The translations under genes were made by a program, and so were the position numbers. From assembly GCA_001643675.2 (NCBI GenBank), contig LSRY02000036.1:248001-312000 (forward strand): a DNA stretch of 64,000 nt, given 5' to 3'. Below, one piece after another: positions 25,302-35,865 of the stretch (position 1 is its first letter; each line of letters opens with the position of its first letter). The DNA comes from Monocercomonoides exilis PA203 (taxonomy: Eukaryota > Protista > Preaxostyla). A model generated the notes under the pieces. The model worked only from the letters and a program-made list of their open reading frames with translations, was not told the origin of the DNA and did not search any database.

Positions 25302-28300
25302 TCATGCATGATGTGATTTTGAAGAAGAATATGAAGTTGATGACGATGACGATGTGGATGAAGAGGAGGAGGAAGAAGCAGAAGAAGAGGAAGAAGATGG
25401 TTGAGTTGGTGAGCAAATGTGCTGTTGATGGGTGCTTTCTGTGTGGTGGTGTGTGTGGCGGTGGTGGCGTGCTGGTTGCAGATGTGCAGACGAAGTGGTT
25501 GTTAGCAGAGTATGTGGTGGTTGCTGGCTCTGCTGGCTCTGCGGGCTTTGATGGATTTGATGGGTTTGTTGACTTTGTTGATTTTGTAAACTTTGATGAC
25601 TTTGTTGGTCTTGTTGTTGACTTGGTGAATTCTGTTTGTTTTGTTGAACTTGCACACTTTGTTGCTTTTGTTGCATTGTTTGGTGCAACGGCAGCTCATC
25701 TGTCGATGCAACATCTTGACAATGCTTCAAACAATGTGCACTTTGTGTGTTGTGCAAGTCTTGTACGTTTTGGGGGTTATGAAAGCTGTGTGTGTAACTT
25801 GAACCATGTGAATCATGCAAGTTATGCGAATTATGAGAATCACGCGAAGTTAACGAGATCTGTGAGTTCTGAGAGTTATGTGAGTTATGTGACTTCTGCT
25901 GAATTGCACCCTGGCTGACACTGATGCTAACACTGGCACTAGCACTGGCACTGTTGCTCTGTTGTGTGCTTTGTGTATTGTGAGTACTATGTGCGTTGTC
26001 ATGTCTCCTGCGACAATGGCGATGTCTGTGGTGATGCTGATGCTGAGACTGAGGCTGAGACTGATTCTGATGCAGGCTGCTGATCTCAGACATCTCCTGC
26101 TTGACAAGCTCTGACGATGCTCTGTCTGTTCCCGTTGACATCCGCTCGAAGATCGTCTTCAGCTCCACAGATTGCGTCACCAGTCTGTCAGATCTGACAA
26201 CAGTGTAATTGGAAGGAGAAATGGAGGTGCTGCTTGACTTGTGTCTTGAGGTGTGTGCAGATGCCTTCGCTGCCTTGGACTTCAATGCCTTTGATGCTCT
26301 TGTTGTTCCTTTTGTTCCTCCTTTTTCTCCTCCTTTTCCTTCTCTTCTTTCCACATCACTATCACCATCTGACACTCCTGCTGTTTTTGAAGAGGCCTCG
26401 CTCGAAAAGTGCTCAGCTGTTGTTTTCCTCCGCTGGCTCCTATGTTTGCGGATGCTGCTTGTCCTCATTACAACAGATTTGAATGCAGGTGATCCATCTG
26501 ACCTCACTAATTCTGCTGATCGATTGCTGTGTATCTTTCCATCTTTTGCTCTCTTTATTTCATCTGCATTTGACTCATCATTATCATCATTATCATCGCC
26601 ATCTGCTGCTGCTGTTCCTGATGCAGAAGCAGCTATTGAATGTCTCTTGTTCTGCGGTGATTCAGACATCTTGCGGTGCACATGATGACGATGATGATAA
26701 TGATGCGAATGATGCGATCTTGATGAAACAGGTTGGATATCATAATTGTATGCATCCGTTTCTGCTGTCGATGCATTCTTCAATCCTTCTTTGTTCTTCC
26801 TTTGCGACTGAGAGTTCGAGTGCGAATGATGACAGGAGCTCAAGCTATTGCTGTGTTCGTGCACGTGTGTGTGCATGTGAGTGTGAGTGTGATTGTGGCT
26901 GTGGTTGTGCGTGTGGTGCCTGTGGATGTGGTGTCTGCGTGTGCACTGTGCAGAATGCATTTGAGACTGCGATTGAGATTGAGACTGAGATTGTTGCTGC
27001 TTGCTGCTCGACCTCTTCGAAGCACGAGACAAATGCGGTGCAGCTGTTGAAGGGCGCATCAAACGCATTTTGGGCTGCTGGCTACTTAGATGAACAGATC
27101 CATGCATTTGATTGCTATGACCCATTCCTCGAAACTCTGACAAATGCTCCTCCTTCAGAGGGAGTGTTATTGAGCGGGAAAGCGATGAAAGAGGCCGAAT
27201 TGAAGCCCCTTCGTAGCCATCTCCATCTCCATCACCGTGGAAGGTGTGAGCACGCATCAGTCTATCAACACTGGCCACCGAAAGCTCTGGCGAAACAACC
27301 GGATAAAACCCAGGCATCTCGCTGCGATCGATGGGAGTGCACAACACAGAGTGCATCTGGTCACATTCATGATTGTAGTTGCAGTCACTGCAGTTCTGCA
27401 GATCGATCAGAGGAGAATGATGATGCTGCTGTTGCTGCCCACGCTTTTCGGTGTGTGCTCGGCGCAGAGTGGGTTCAGGTGTGGAAGAAGGAGAAGGAGA
27501 AGGAGGGGCCATGCCGCTCATCTTCCACTCGATTTGAGAGGAAGAAGAGAGTGTACGCATCAGCTGGGAATCTGCATCAGTCAAGTTGTGGTGGCAGAAG
27601 CAGCACGAGGAAGCAGGATTAGAAGCACAAGAGGAGGATGAGGAGGAGGAAGAAGAAGAAGAAGAAGAGGAGGAGCAAGCAGGCACTGAAGTAGATGCTG
27701 GAGAAGACATCGCCTGGCACTCAGCAGCATCCTCAATGGATGCCACAGACGAGCTTGGGATGGATGGATCGCTGGCTGAACGCTTAACTGGGTGTGACGG
27801 CTGCAGCCCAGTGCAATTGCAACTGCTGCGACCACAGCTGCAGCTGGAAGTTGCGCACTGCCCGAGAAAAGAAGGAGGGGTCATCATCTGCTGCATCTGT
27901 TCGTTATCATCATCGCTGCTGCTGTTCATCAGAAACACAGAATAAGGTGTGGGCTGCATCTGCCCAGTGCTTGTGGGAAGAGAAGGAGAGTCAATGGCAT
28001 ATGAAGAAGAAGAAGAAGAAGCAGATGAGGATGAGGAGGATGATGATGATGAAGACGAAGATGGAGCAATACCAATGGGAGACTGCATTGCAGATAAAAG
28101 TATCGGCATCTGCATCTGCATTTGCATTTGCTTTTTCATTGACATTGACATTGGAATGGAATCATTCTCTGCTTTAGTGCTTTGTGCAGATGGCTCCTGT
28201 GCAGACAGCGGGCTTTTGACAGACGAGAAGAGAGAGGCATTCTGGTTGACGAGTGGAGAGCGAGGAGAGATGAGGGGGGAGGAGTTGTTCTGTTGGAGCA

Positions 28301-31300
28301 GCAGCATTTGTTGTTGTTGTTGTTGTGATTTGAGTGATGATAAAGCTTGTTGTTGTAGTTGTAGTTGATTCTGCTGCTGCTGTTGTTGTTGCAGTTGACA
28401 AGGCTGTTGGCATGGCTGCTGATTGCACAGCATTTGCATGTGCATGTTCATTTGCATCTGCATCTGCATCTGCTGATCAGCAAACGGAGAGTGCAGAAGA
28501 ACGGGAGACGATGTGTCACACAGAAGGAGAGGAGAGGCTGCAGATGTGCTTGTGGAAAGGTCCTCATTAGACCGCTTGCTTCTTCCAGAGGTGTCAGTCA
28601 TTGGGTCGTCTGGGTTGGCGCTGAGAGGGCGAGGGGAGCGAGTGCTCTGCATTGAGTGATGCTTGCTGAGGAAAGGAGGGTGGTGCATACAGGGGGAAGA
28701 AGGAGAGGGCACCTGCACAGATAGAAGGGAAGAGGAAACAGAGTGGGAGAGAGAGCGCTGGAGAGGAGCGAGAGAGGAGGAAGACGGGGGAAGAGATGAA
28801 GAAGCAGAGGAAGAGGAAGAGGATTGAACAGGAGTGGAGATTGTGGCACTGTTTGGAGAGGCGACAGTGTCGTGATGCTCATTTGGAGAGGAGATGGAGG
28901 TGGAGATGGAGGTGGTGTTGGTTAAATGATCAGTGTTGTGATCTCGATGTGAATAAGAGGAAGATGATGAAGACGACGAAGAAGAGGAGGAGGAGGAGGA
29001 AGACGATGATGATGTGTGTGGAGTGCGTGGTGTGTGTGGCGTTGATCCTCCTTTCCCTTCGTATCGCGGTGAATGTGGCGTCGGCGTCTGTGTCAGCACT
29101 CTCTGCTTCGAAAAAGGTGAAGTCTGAATCGAAGGCATACGCCGATACCGAACAGCACTGCCTGTTCGGTCAGTGAGGCTGCCAGAATTGATAGGTAGAG
29201 CAGAGTTGGAGTAAGAGCCAGAGCTGGGACCAGGGCAATAGCCAGAACTTGAATTGGAGCGGGAGCTGGAGCTGGAAAAGAAGCCGGCTGTCTGAGGAGA
29301 GCACTGGTGGAGGGTGGGAGAGGACATCGGGCGGGATGTGCTGGGCGCTGAGGACAAAGCAGCCTCGGTGAGGATCGGAGGAGGAGACGAAGGAGAAGGA
29401 GAAGGAGAGGCTGACGATGATGCAGACGATGAATTGAAATTCGCCTGCGAGAGAGGGATTCTGTTCACAGAGTGTGACATTGACAGGGAACGAGACGTCA
29501 GACACGTGCCTGTTGGGAATCGCTGTCCCAGATTGAACGACTGATACATTCTGTTTGTGCGTGTAGGTGTGGTTGGCGTGGGGGTTGTTGGTGCAGTCGA
29601 GTTGGTGCGGCAGGACAGCTGCTGCAGCTGAGAGGAGCTGCCTCGGCTTCGGGCAGAGGCAGAGGCGGAGGAAAGGGCAGAGGAAAGGGCAGATGAAAGA
29701 GCAGAGGAGACGGATGTGTTGGCAGAGCTGACAGAGTGCGAGAACGGGCAAGAGCAAGAGCAGGAGCAAGAAGCAGACTCTGAGCAGCGTGTGGACGACA
29801 GTGCCATCGACGAGTCATCCAGACGCGCAGATGTTGCAGTAGTCGAAACAGACGCTGTGGAACAGTCGCTTCTGCTCCGACTTCTGCTTCTGCTTCTGCT
29901 TCTGCTCTCACACTCGCTTTCACACTCAGTCTCACTTCCGCATACACTCTCGCTCTCACTCCCACTCTCACATGCGCTATCACTTGCACTTTCACTATCA
30001 CTTTCACTCACACTCAGTTTGTGTTTGTTCTCTTTGTAATGCGATGTTGCTGCCTCCACCGAAGTGATGGAAGGCGCCGCTGCAGACGATGCAGCCGACT
30101 CAGCTGAGACATTCTTTCTGAGAGGCGGAACAATAATCTTCTTTGGATGCAGTTGAGATTCAGAGTGCCCAAGGTGCTTATCAGTGTTAGCATTCGTGTC
30201 AGTATCAGTCCTTTGCTTAGACGGTGATAAATGAGAGGCAGACTGTGTGTGAGCAGAAACATTAGCCTGTTTGGTGCTGTTGCTGTGTGCAGCTGCAGAC
30301 GAAGCTGAGGCTGGCTGATTGGCTGACTGAGACGTCTGTTTTCGTGTGGCGTGAGTGTGTGACGAGCGTCTGGTGTGGTTTGCTTCTGAGTCGTTCAGAA
30401 GACTTTCTTCGATTGTGCTCAGCGATGCCTTTGTGCACTCACTTCCTTTGCTGTCCTTTGCAGCGACTGTGTTCTGCTGCTTCTTCTCTTCCAGCTCCGA
30501 CTTCACTTTGCTGAGCTCCTTCAGAAAGGCGTCAGTGAATTCTGCGTGTGTAATGGCTTTCGTTTTCCCCTTTGTCTGCTTCGTTTTGTGTGTGTTTGTT
30601 GTCAGAGGAGCAACTGAATGAGGCCCATGTGCCTGGTTCAGGCGCGGCGACAGCGAGGAATGGAGGAGAGGCGGAGGAGATGGTGTGACTGAGTGCTTTT
30701 TGATGTGGTTGGTGGAAAGAGGAGGAGAGGTGGAAGGAGAAAAGGAAGAAAGAGAAAGCGATGTGGTGGGGGGAAGCGAAGAGCGCGAACGAAGTGGAGA
30801 AGGTGATGTGGAGTTGGATGTGGAGGCAGAGGTTGATGTTGATGGAGAAGGAGAACGAGGGGACATGTGCTTGGAAGGGAGGGATGTTGGACTGGCTTGA
30901 GTTGATGAAGAAAGAAGAGAAGAGTGAGGATGAGGTGAAACAGAAGAGTTCTGTGTCGTGGGTGAAGTGTCAATGGAGATTGGAGAGGCAGCAAGAGGAG
31001 GATAAGATAATCCAGTGCTTGCATTTGTACTTGTGCTTGTACTTGAATTCGAGTTTGAGCTTGAACTTGTGCCTGTGCGATGCGGGGAAGGAGAGTGAGA
31101 TAGAGATGGTAGAACAAGACACGTTGAATGGGAATTTGACAAATGAGGAGAATTGACAGTTGTGGATTGAGGCTTCGTAACAGCAGGTAATGACGGTTGT
31201 TTAAAAACTTGAGCTGAACCTGAAGGAAAATGAGCCTTTGAAGATGCACTTGATGGAGAAGTCGTGTTCCCTGCTAAATTCTGGATGCCTGAACTCAAAG

Positions 31301-31931
31301 ATAAATTCTGCTGGTCTTGAGTCTGAAGATGAGATGGAGCAGAAGGGTGACTTTTGGGAGACGTCTGTAACAGAGGTGGCGAACCAACGTTTAAAGTTGG
31401 TAACATTGCCTGCTGTAATTGTTTAACAGGAGAAAGACCTCTCTGCGGAGAAACTGAAGATTGAGCAAGGGATTTAGACATTACTGACGATCCACTTGCA
31501 GCGAATAAAGTTGACAAAGAAGAAGTGCGAACACCCGATGAAGAGCGAGAAGCTTGTTGTTTTGGAGAAGATGGAGTAAGAGTTTGCTGTCTTGGAGTCG
31601 AAGAAAGAGAAGCAAAAAGCGATGTTGATGAAGATGTTCGCAAAGGAGGTTGGTTTGAAGAAGTAAGAATTGTTGTTAGCATATTTGACGATGGAGAAGA
31701 CTGAATTTTCTTGCTTGGACTTGTTGAATGCGAAGATGCGACAGCTGGAATATTTGGAGAAGAACTTACATGTGACTGTTTTGGCACAACGATCGGGGAA
31801 CGGAGTCCATGAACAGAGGAACTTTGCCTCGTAGGAGATGGAACAGTATTTTTTGCAACCGTTCGAGCGGATGCTGCACTGTTTGTCAAGCTAGGAACAG
31901 AGGAATGGCTTGTTCCTTTATTGCTCGACAT
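25302..31931 (-). CDS. Intronless low-complexity Ser/Gln/His-rich protein of about 2209 aa, no recognisable domain
   Basis: 6.6-kb uninterrupted ORF. First ATG at 31931 (MSSNKGTS), TGA at 25302, AT-rich flanks on both sides. Confidence 0.85.
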   Translation of the reverse strand: MSSNKGTSHSSVPSLTNSAASARTVAKNTVPSPTRQSSSVHGLRSPIVVPKQSHVSSSPNIPAVASSHSTSPSKKIQSSPSSNMLTTILTSSNQPPLRTSSSTSLFASLSSTPRQQTLTPSSPKQQASRSSSGVRTSSLSTLFAASGSSVMSKSLAQSSVSPQRGLSPVKQLQQAMLPTLNVGSPPLLQTSPKSHPSAPSHLQTQDQQNLSLSSGIQNLAGNTTSPSSASSKAHFPSGSAQVFKQPSLPAVTKPQSTTVNSPHLSNSHSTCLVLPSLSHSPSPHRTGTSSSSNSNSSTSTSTNASTGLSYPPLAASPISIDTSPTTQNSSVSPHPHSSLLSSSTQASPTSLPSKHMSPRSPSPSTSTSASTSNSTSPSPLRSRSSLPPTTSLSLSSFSPSTSPPLSTNHIKKHSVTPSPPPLLHSSLSPRLNQAHGPHSVAPLTTNTHKTKQTKGKTKAITHAEFTDAFLKELSKVKSELEEKKQQNTVAAKDSKGSECTKASLSTIEESLLNDSEANHTRRSSHTHATRKQTSQSANQPASASSAAAHSNSTKQANVSAHTQSASHLSPSKQRTDTDTNANTDKHLGHSESQLHPKKIIVPPLRKNVSAESAASSAAAPSITSVEAATSHYKENKHKLSVSESDSESASDSACESGSESESVCGSETECESECESRSRSRSRSRSRSDCSTASVSTTATSARLDDSSMALSSTRCSESASCSCSCSCPFSHSVSSANTSVSSALSSALSSALSSASASARSRGSSSQLQQLSCRTNSTAPTTPTPTTPTRTNRMYQSFNLGQRFPTGTCLTSRSLSMSHSVNRIPLSQANFNSSSASSSASPSPSPSSPPPILTEAALSSAPSTSRPMSSPTLHQCSPQTAGFFSSSSSRSNSSSGYCPGPSSGSYSNSALPINSGSLTDRTGSAVRYRRMPSIQTSPFSKQRVLTQTPTPHSPRYEGKGGSTPHTPRTPHTSSSSSSSSSSSSSSSSSSSYSHRDHNTDHLTNTTSISTSISSPNEHHDTVASPNSATISTPVQSSSSSSASSSLPPSSSSLAPLQRSLSHSVSSSLLSVQVPSPSSPCMHHPPFLSKHHSMQSTRSPRPLSANPDDPMTDTSGRSKRSNEDLSTSTSAASPLLLCDTSSPVLLHSPFADQQMQMQMQMNMHMQMLCNQQPCQQPCQLQQQQQQQNQLQLQQQALSSLKSQQQQQQMLLLQQNNSSPLISPRSPLVNQNASLFSSVKSPLSAQEPSAQSTKAENDSIPMSMSMKKQMQMQMQMPILLSAMQSPIGIAPSSSSSSSSSSSSSASSSSSSYAIDSPSLPTSTGQMQPTPYSVFLMNSSSDDDNEQMQQMMTPPSFLGQCATSSCSCGRSSCNCTGLQPSHPVKRSASDPSIPSSSVASIEDAAECQAMSSPASTSVPACSSSSSSSSSSSSSSSCASNPASSCCFCHHNLTDADSQLMRTLSSSSQIEWKMSGMAPPSPSPSSTPEPTLRRAHTEKRGQQQQHHHSPLIDLQNCSDCNYNHECDQMHSVLCTPIDRSEMPGFYPVVSPELSVASVDRLMRAHTFHGDGDGDGYEGASIRPLSSLSRSITLPLKEEHLSEFRGMGHSNQMHGSVHLSSQQPKMRLMRPSTAAPHLSRASKRSSSKQQQSQSQSQSQSQMHSAQCTRRHHIHRHHTHNHSHNHTHTHMHTHVHEHSNSLSSCHHSHSNSQSQRKNKEGLKNASTAETDAYNYDIQPVSSRSHHSHHYHHRHHVHRKMSESPQNKRHSIAASASGTAAADGDDNDDNDESNADEIKRAKDGKIHSNRSAELVRSDGSPAFKSVVMRTSSIRKHRSQRRKTTAEHFSSEASSKTAGVSDGDSDVERREGKGGEKGGTKGTTRASKALKSKAAKASAHTSRHKSSSTSISPSNYTVVRSDRLVTQSVELKTIFERMSTGTDRASSELVKQEMSEISSLHQNQSQPQSQHQHHHRHRHCRRRHDNAHSTHNTQSTQQSNSASASASVSISVSQGAIQQKSHNSHNSQNSQISLTSRDSHNSHNLHDSHGSSYTHSFHNPQNVQDLHNTQSAHCLKHCQDVASTDELPLHQTMQQKQQSVQVQQNKQNSPSQQQDQQSHQSLQNQQSQQTHQIHQSPQSQQSQQPPHTLLTTTSSAHLQPARHHRHTHHHTESTHQQHICSPTQPSSSSSSASSSSSSSTSSSSSTSYSSSKSHHA

Positions 31932-32114
31932 TTTGTGCAACTTATACTTGAGATCATCGTTTTCATTTTGATGGAAATTCGCTTGTATTTATTAAATGAA
32001 ATCTTTATAACATCGTTCAAAACAATTTCGATGGACTACACAAAATATTATGAACCAACATAAACTTTATAAAGGATCACTTTTTTTTTTCATTTTGTTT
32101 AATCTTGTCTAATC

Positions 32115-33460
32115 ATGGACTATAAGCTTTCTTATGAAAATGAAGGTGCACATGAGAGCATAGTTTGCAATAAGCATAAGGAGAAAAAACTTTGTTGTAA
32201 TTTGAATTTTGAAATGTTTTTTTCGAATAGGTCCGAGCTGTTTGCGTAATTTCAGACAATGCCTTTCTTACCGGAGGCTACGACAAACAGTTTTGAAATG
32301 TTTTTCTTGAGTTTTATTTCATAGTATTGATTTTTCACCTTTGAAGGGCAAAATTGTGGAAAAGAAAAGCTCCGAATAGCCGAGAATTCGAATGCACTCG
32401 AACATTTATTGGACACACTGGCGATGTATTTGGGGTGTGCTATATCCCTCCCAACAAAAATTATGAAAACGGTGCGATAGCAACAACATCTGGAGACTCA
32501 AGTGTATGAGCAATATTTTTTGTTCAAATGATTCATTTCGAAGCATTTTATAAAATCAGATGGTTATATGGAACGAAGAAACTGGAAGTCCAATTCATAT
32601 TTGTATGGGTCATAAGGCTCTTGTGTCATGTGTTTGTTATTCGCCAACAGACGAGACTATTCTTACTGGTTCTTGGGATTCGTTTGTTCTTTTTTTTTTT
32701 CATTTTTTCAGAAAACTTAAAACATTAACAAATTCAATCGTAAAATCCTTTTTATCTTTTCTTTTAAAGAACTATACGTAGATGGGCAGGAGATGCATGC
32801 ACTGAAGTTTTGAATTATCATAAGGGAAATGTTCAAAGTATCACAATGATTGGAACAGATGGAACTTTCGCATCATGCTCTTCTGATTCCAGTATTGCTA
32901 TTTGGAAAAACAGTGTTGTGGTTCAAAAATTGGCGACTCATACACAACCAGTCCGTTCCGTTTTTTCACTTCCAGATCTTTCATTGATTTCATGCGGAAA
33001 TGACGGGTTTGTTGATTTTCTAAATGGACTTTTAAAATTACGAGTTTTTATTTTAAATTTATTTTTCAATCATTTATCAAATTTATCTATTTTTGACGAA
33101 TTTACTTCTTCATGTAATTCATTTTGCTATGAACTTATTATTCGAAAAAATCTTTATTTTTTTTTTCCTCCCCTTCTAATTTAAATTTCATCGTTTCAAA
33201 TCACTTTTAGAATGATAATTCATTGGACAGGCACTGCACAGTACATGCCCAAAGAAATGATACAAGGCTCTTATTCTCTTCTGTTTGGAGTCAACTGCCT
33301 TTCAGACGGGCGTGTTATTTCAGGCGGAGAAGATAGAATGCTCACATTCTGGTCTTTGGATAGTGTGAACTTATTTGAATTGAAAATTATAAAATAAATA
33401 AATAAATAAACTTAATTTTATTTCTTTTTCTTATTTTCTTTTTTTCTTCATCCCTCCTCC

Positions 33461-33492
<32 letters not shown>

Positions 33493-34630
33493 TTTGGATG
33501 TATTTATTCATTTTGCCATTTGATTTAATTTTTGTGAAACTAACCTTTTAGAACTTGAAAAGCAGGGAGAAATTGCTCATCCATCTCCAATTAACCAGCT
33601 TTCTGTGTTTCCCGTTTGATTAATTCATTTGAATTAGCTTTCTGCTTTACAAAGAATTTATTTTTTTTTTCAAATATTTTATTGTCATTTTTCTTTTATT
33701 CTCCTTTCTTCTTCTTCTTCTTCATTGCCAATCTTCTCTTCTATTAGAATGGAGATATTGTAACTGTATCTGATGACCATTCATTCAGAATATGGTCAAA
33801 GAATGCAGAGAGAATCGCACCAGACGAAGTGTTAGCAGCTTATGAAGAAAGGCTGACAGAGTTTGTAACAGTCTCATGAGATTTTTATGTTCTTCTTCTT
33901 TCTCTCTTTCTCTCTTTTCTTTTCTTTTCTTTTCTTTTCTTTTCTTTTCTTTTCTTTTCTTTTCTTTTCTTTTCTTTTCTTTTCTTTTCTTTTCTTTTCT
34001 TTTCTTTTCTTTTCTTTTCTTTTCTTTTCTTTTCTTTTCTTTTCTTTTCTTTTCTTTTTTTCAAAATTTTCGATCTTTTTCATCAAAATAATTCATAACC
34101 ATCTCTTTTGTCGATTTTCCAATTCAATACAAATGTTTTCCAACATCTCATAAATCCACTGTATTCAAACTTCACAACAATAATTCCAGTCGTGTGATAT
34201 CAGGCATCAATCTGAAGAACCTTCCAGGCGAAGAAGCTTTGAACACGCCAGGCACAAAAGACGGGGAAATCAAACTGGTTCGGAGTGGAGTGGTTCCCAA
34301 AGTGTATAAATGGAGTGCTGCTAACATGCAATGGGAATTCTTCGGAGAAATGCTGCAAAATCCGGGTGATGGGGCCGGAGATGGCGGAGCGGATGGGCCG
34401 ACGGTGCTTCCGAATGGGAAAATACCGTTGGATGGGAAGGAATACGACATTGTGTTCCCCATCGAGCTGGACGATGGACTGAGATTGTATGGATGATGTT
34501 ATTATTTTTTCTTTAAATTTATGAATTTCTATTTCTTTTATGATATTTGCATAATTATTCTCTTTTTATTTCATTTTATTATCATTTTATGTTTCATCTT
34601 CCTTTTTCTTTTTTTCTTTTTCTTTTCTCT

Positions 34631-34686
<56 letters not shown>

Positions 34687-35797
34687 ATTTTATTTTCCTT
34701 TTTATCTGATTAGCCAACTGGGATTCAATGAAGATGATCAGACATACCAAGTTGCACAAGAGTTTCTGTGGAAGCACAATCTCTCTCAAAACTATTTGAT
34801 TGCCATCGCCAACTTCATCAACGAGAGAAAGGAAGAATTTGCAAAAATGTTTGATTAAAAAAGAAAGAAAGAAAAAGAAAGAAAAAGAAAGAAAAAGAAA
34901 GATAGAAAAATAGATTATTTTTTTTATTTGATTAAACGAAGAAACTTGAAATTTTATCATAAAACCTTTTTTTAAATGGTAATGCTTTCTCCACACATCA
35001 AATTTTTCATTCTTCTTCTTTTTCGTCGTCATCTTCTTCTCTTTCTCCTTCATTAATTTATACAATATTTTTATTCCCTTTCATCAGAAAAGCAGTCCGT
35101 GCTGCCACACAAGCCTCGGCCGAAGAGGCGCTTGCGATGGGCACTGCTTTGGATGGAGCATCATCCTCTCAAACACCAATGGGCCCTTCATTCCCTTCTG
35201 CTGCCACTCCTTCTGCTTCTCCTTCTCCTTCTGCTTCTGCTTCTGCCTCAGCTTCTGCTTCAGCTTCAGCTTCTGTTTCAGCATCATTGTCATCTTCTTC
35301 TCCTTCTTCTTCTTCTCCAATTTCCTCTGATATAACCCCTGCCTCTTCTTCATCAGTCCCTTCTTCTTCAGACAGTGCTGCTGATGAATTTGACATCCCT
35401 CTTGTCAGAATGAAGCCAGAATACGACTTCTCCCGCTCGCCTATCACTTTCAGAGACTACAAGCCAATGAAGATTGCGCAGACACTCAGAGAGGAGAATG
35501 AGAAGATTTGTGAGGTGTGTTATTGGATATAATGGATATATTGGATATACATTGGATATTTATCAGTGAATGAACAAAACTTTTGAAGTTTTGACAGAGT
35601 TTTTAACTTATTAAATTATGGTATCGAAATTAATTTTCTTTATTTGATGGAAAATATTCATCATTTTCATTCATTCATCCATTCATTCATTCATTATATT
35701 CATTTATCCTCATATTTCTGACTCCATTCATTTATTCTATCATTCTCTCTTTCTCTTTCTCTTTCTCTCTCTCTCTCTCTCTTTCTCTCTTTCTCTT

Positions 35798-35865
<68 letters not shown>

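Noticed and set aside
25286-31426. Antisense ORFs over the Ser-rich gene, and likewise over 40550-48682 and the USP gene
   Set aside because: Expected shadows of low-complexity coding sequence; no domain motifs.
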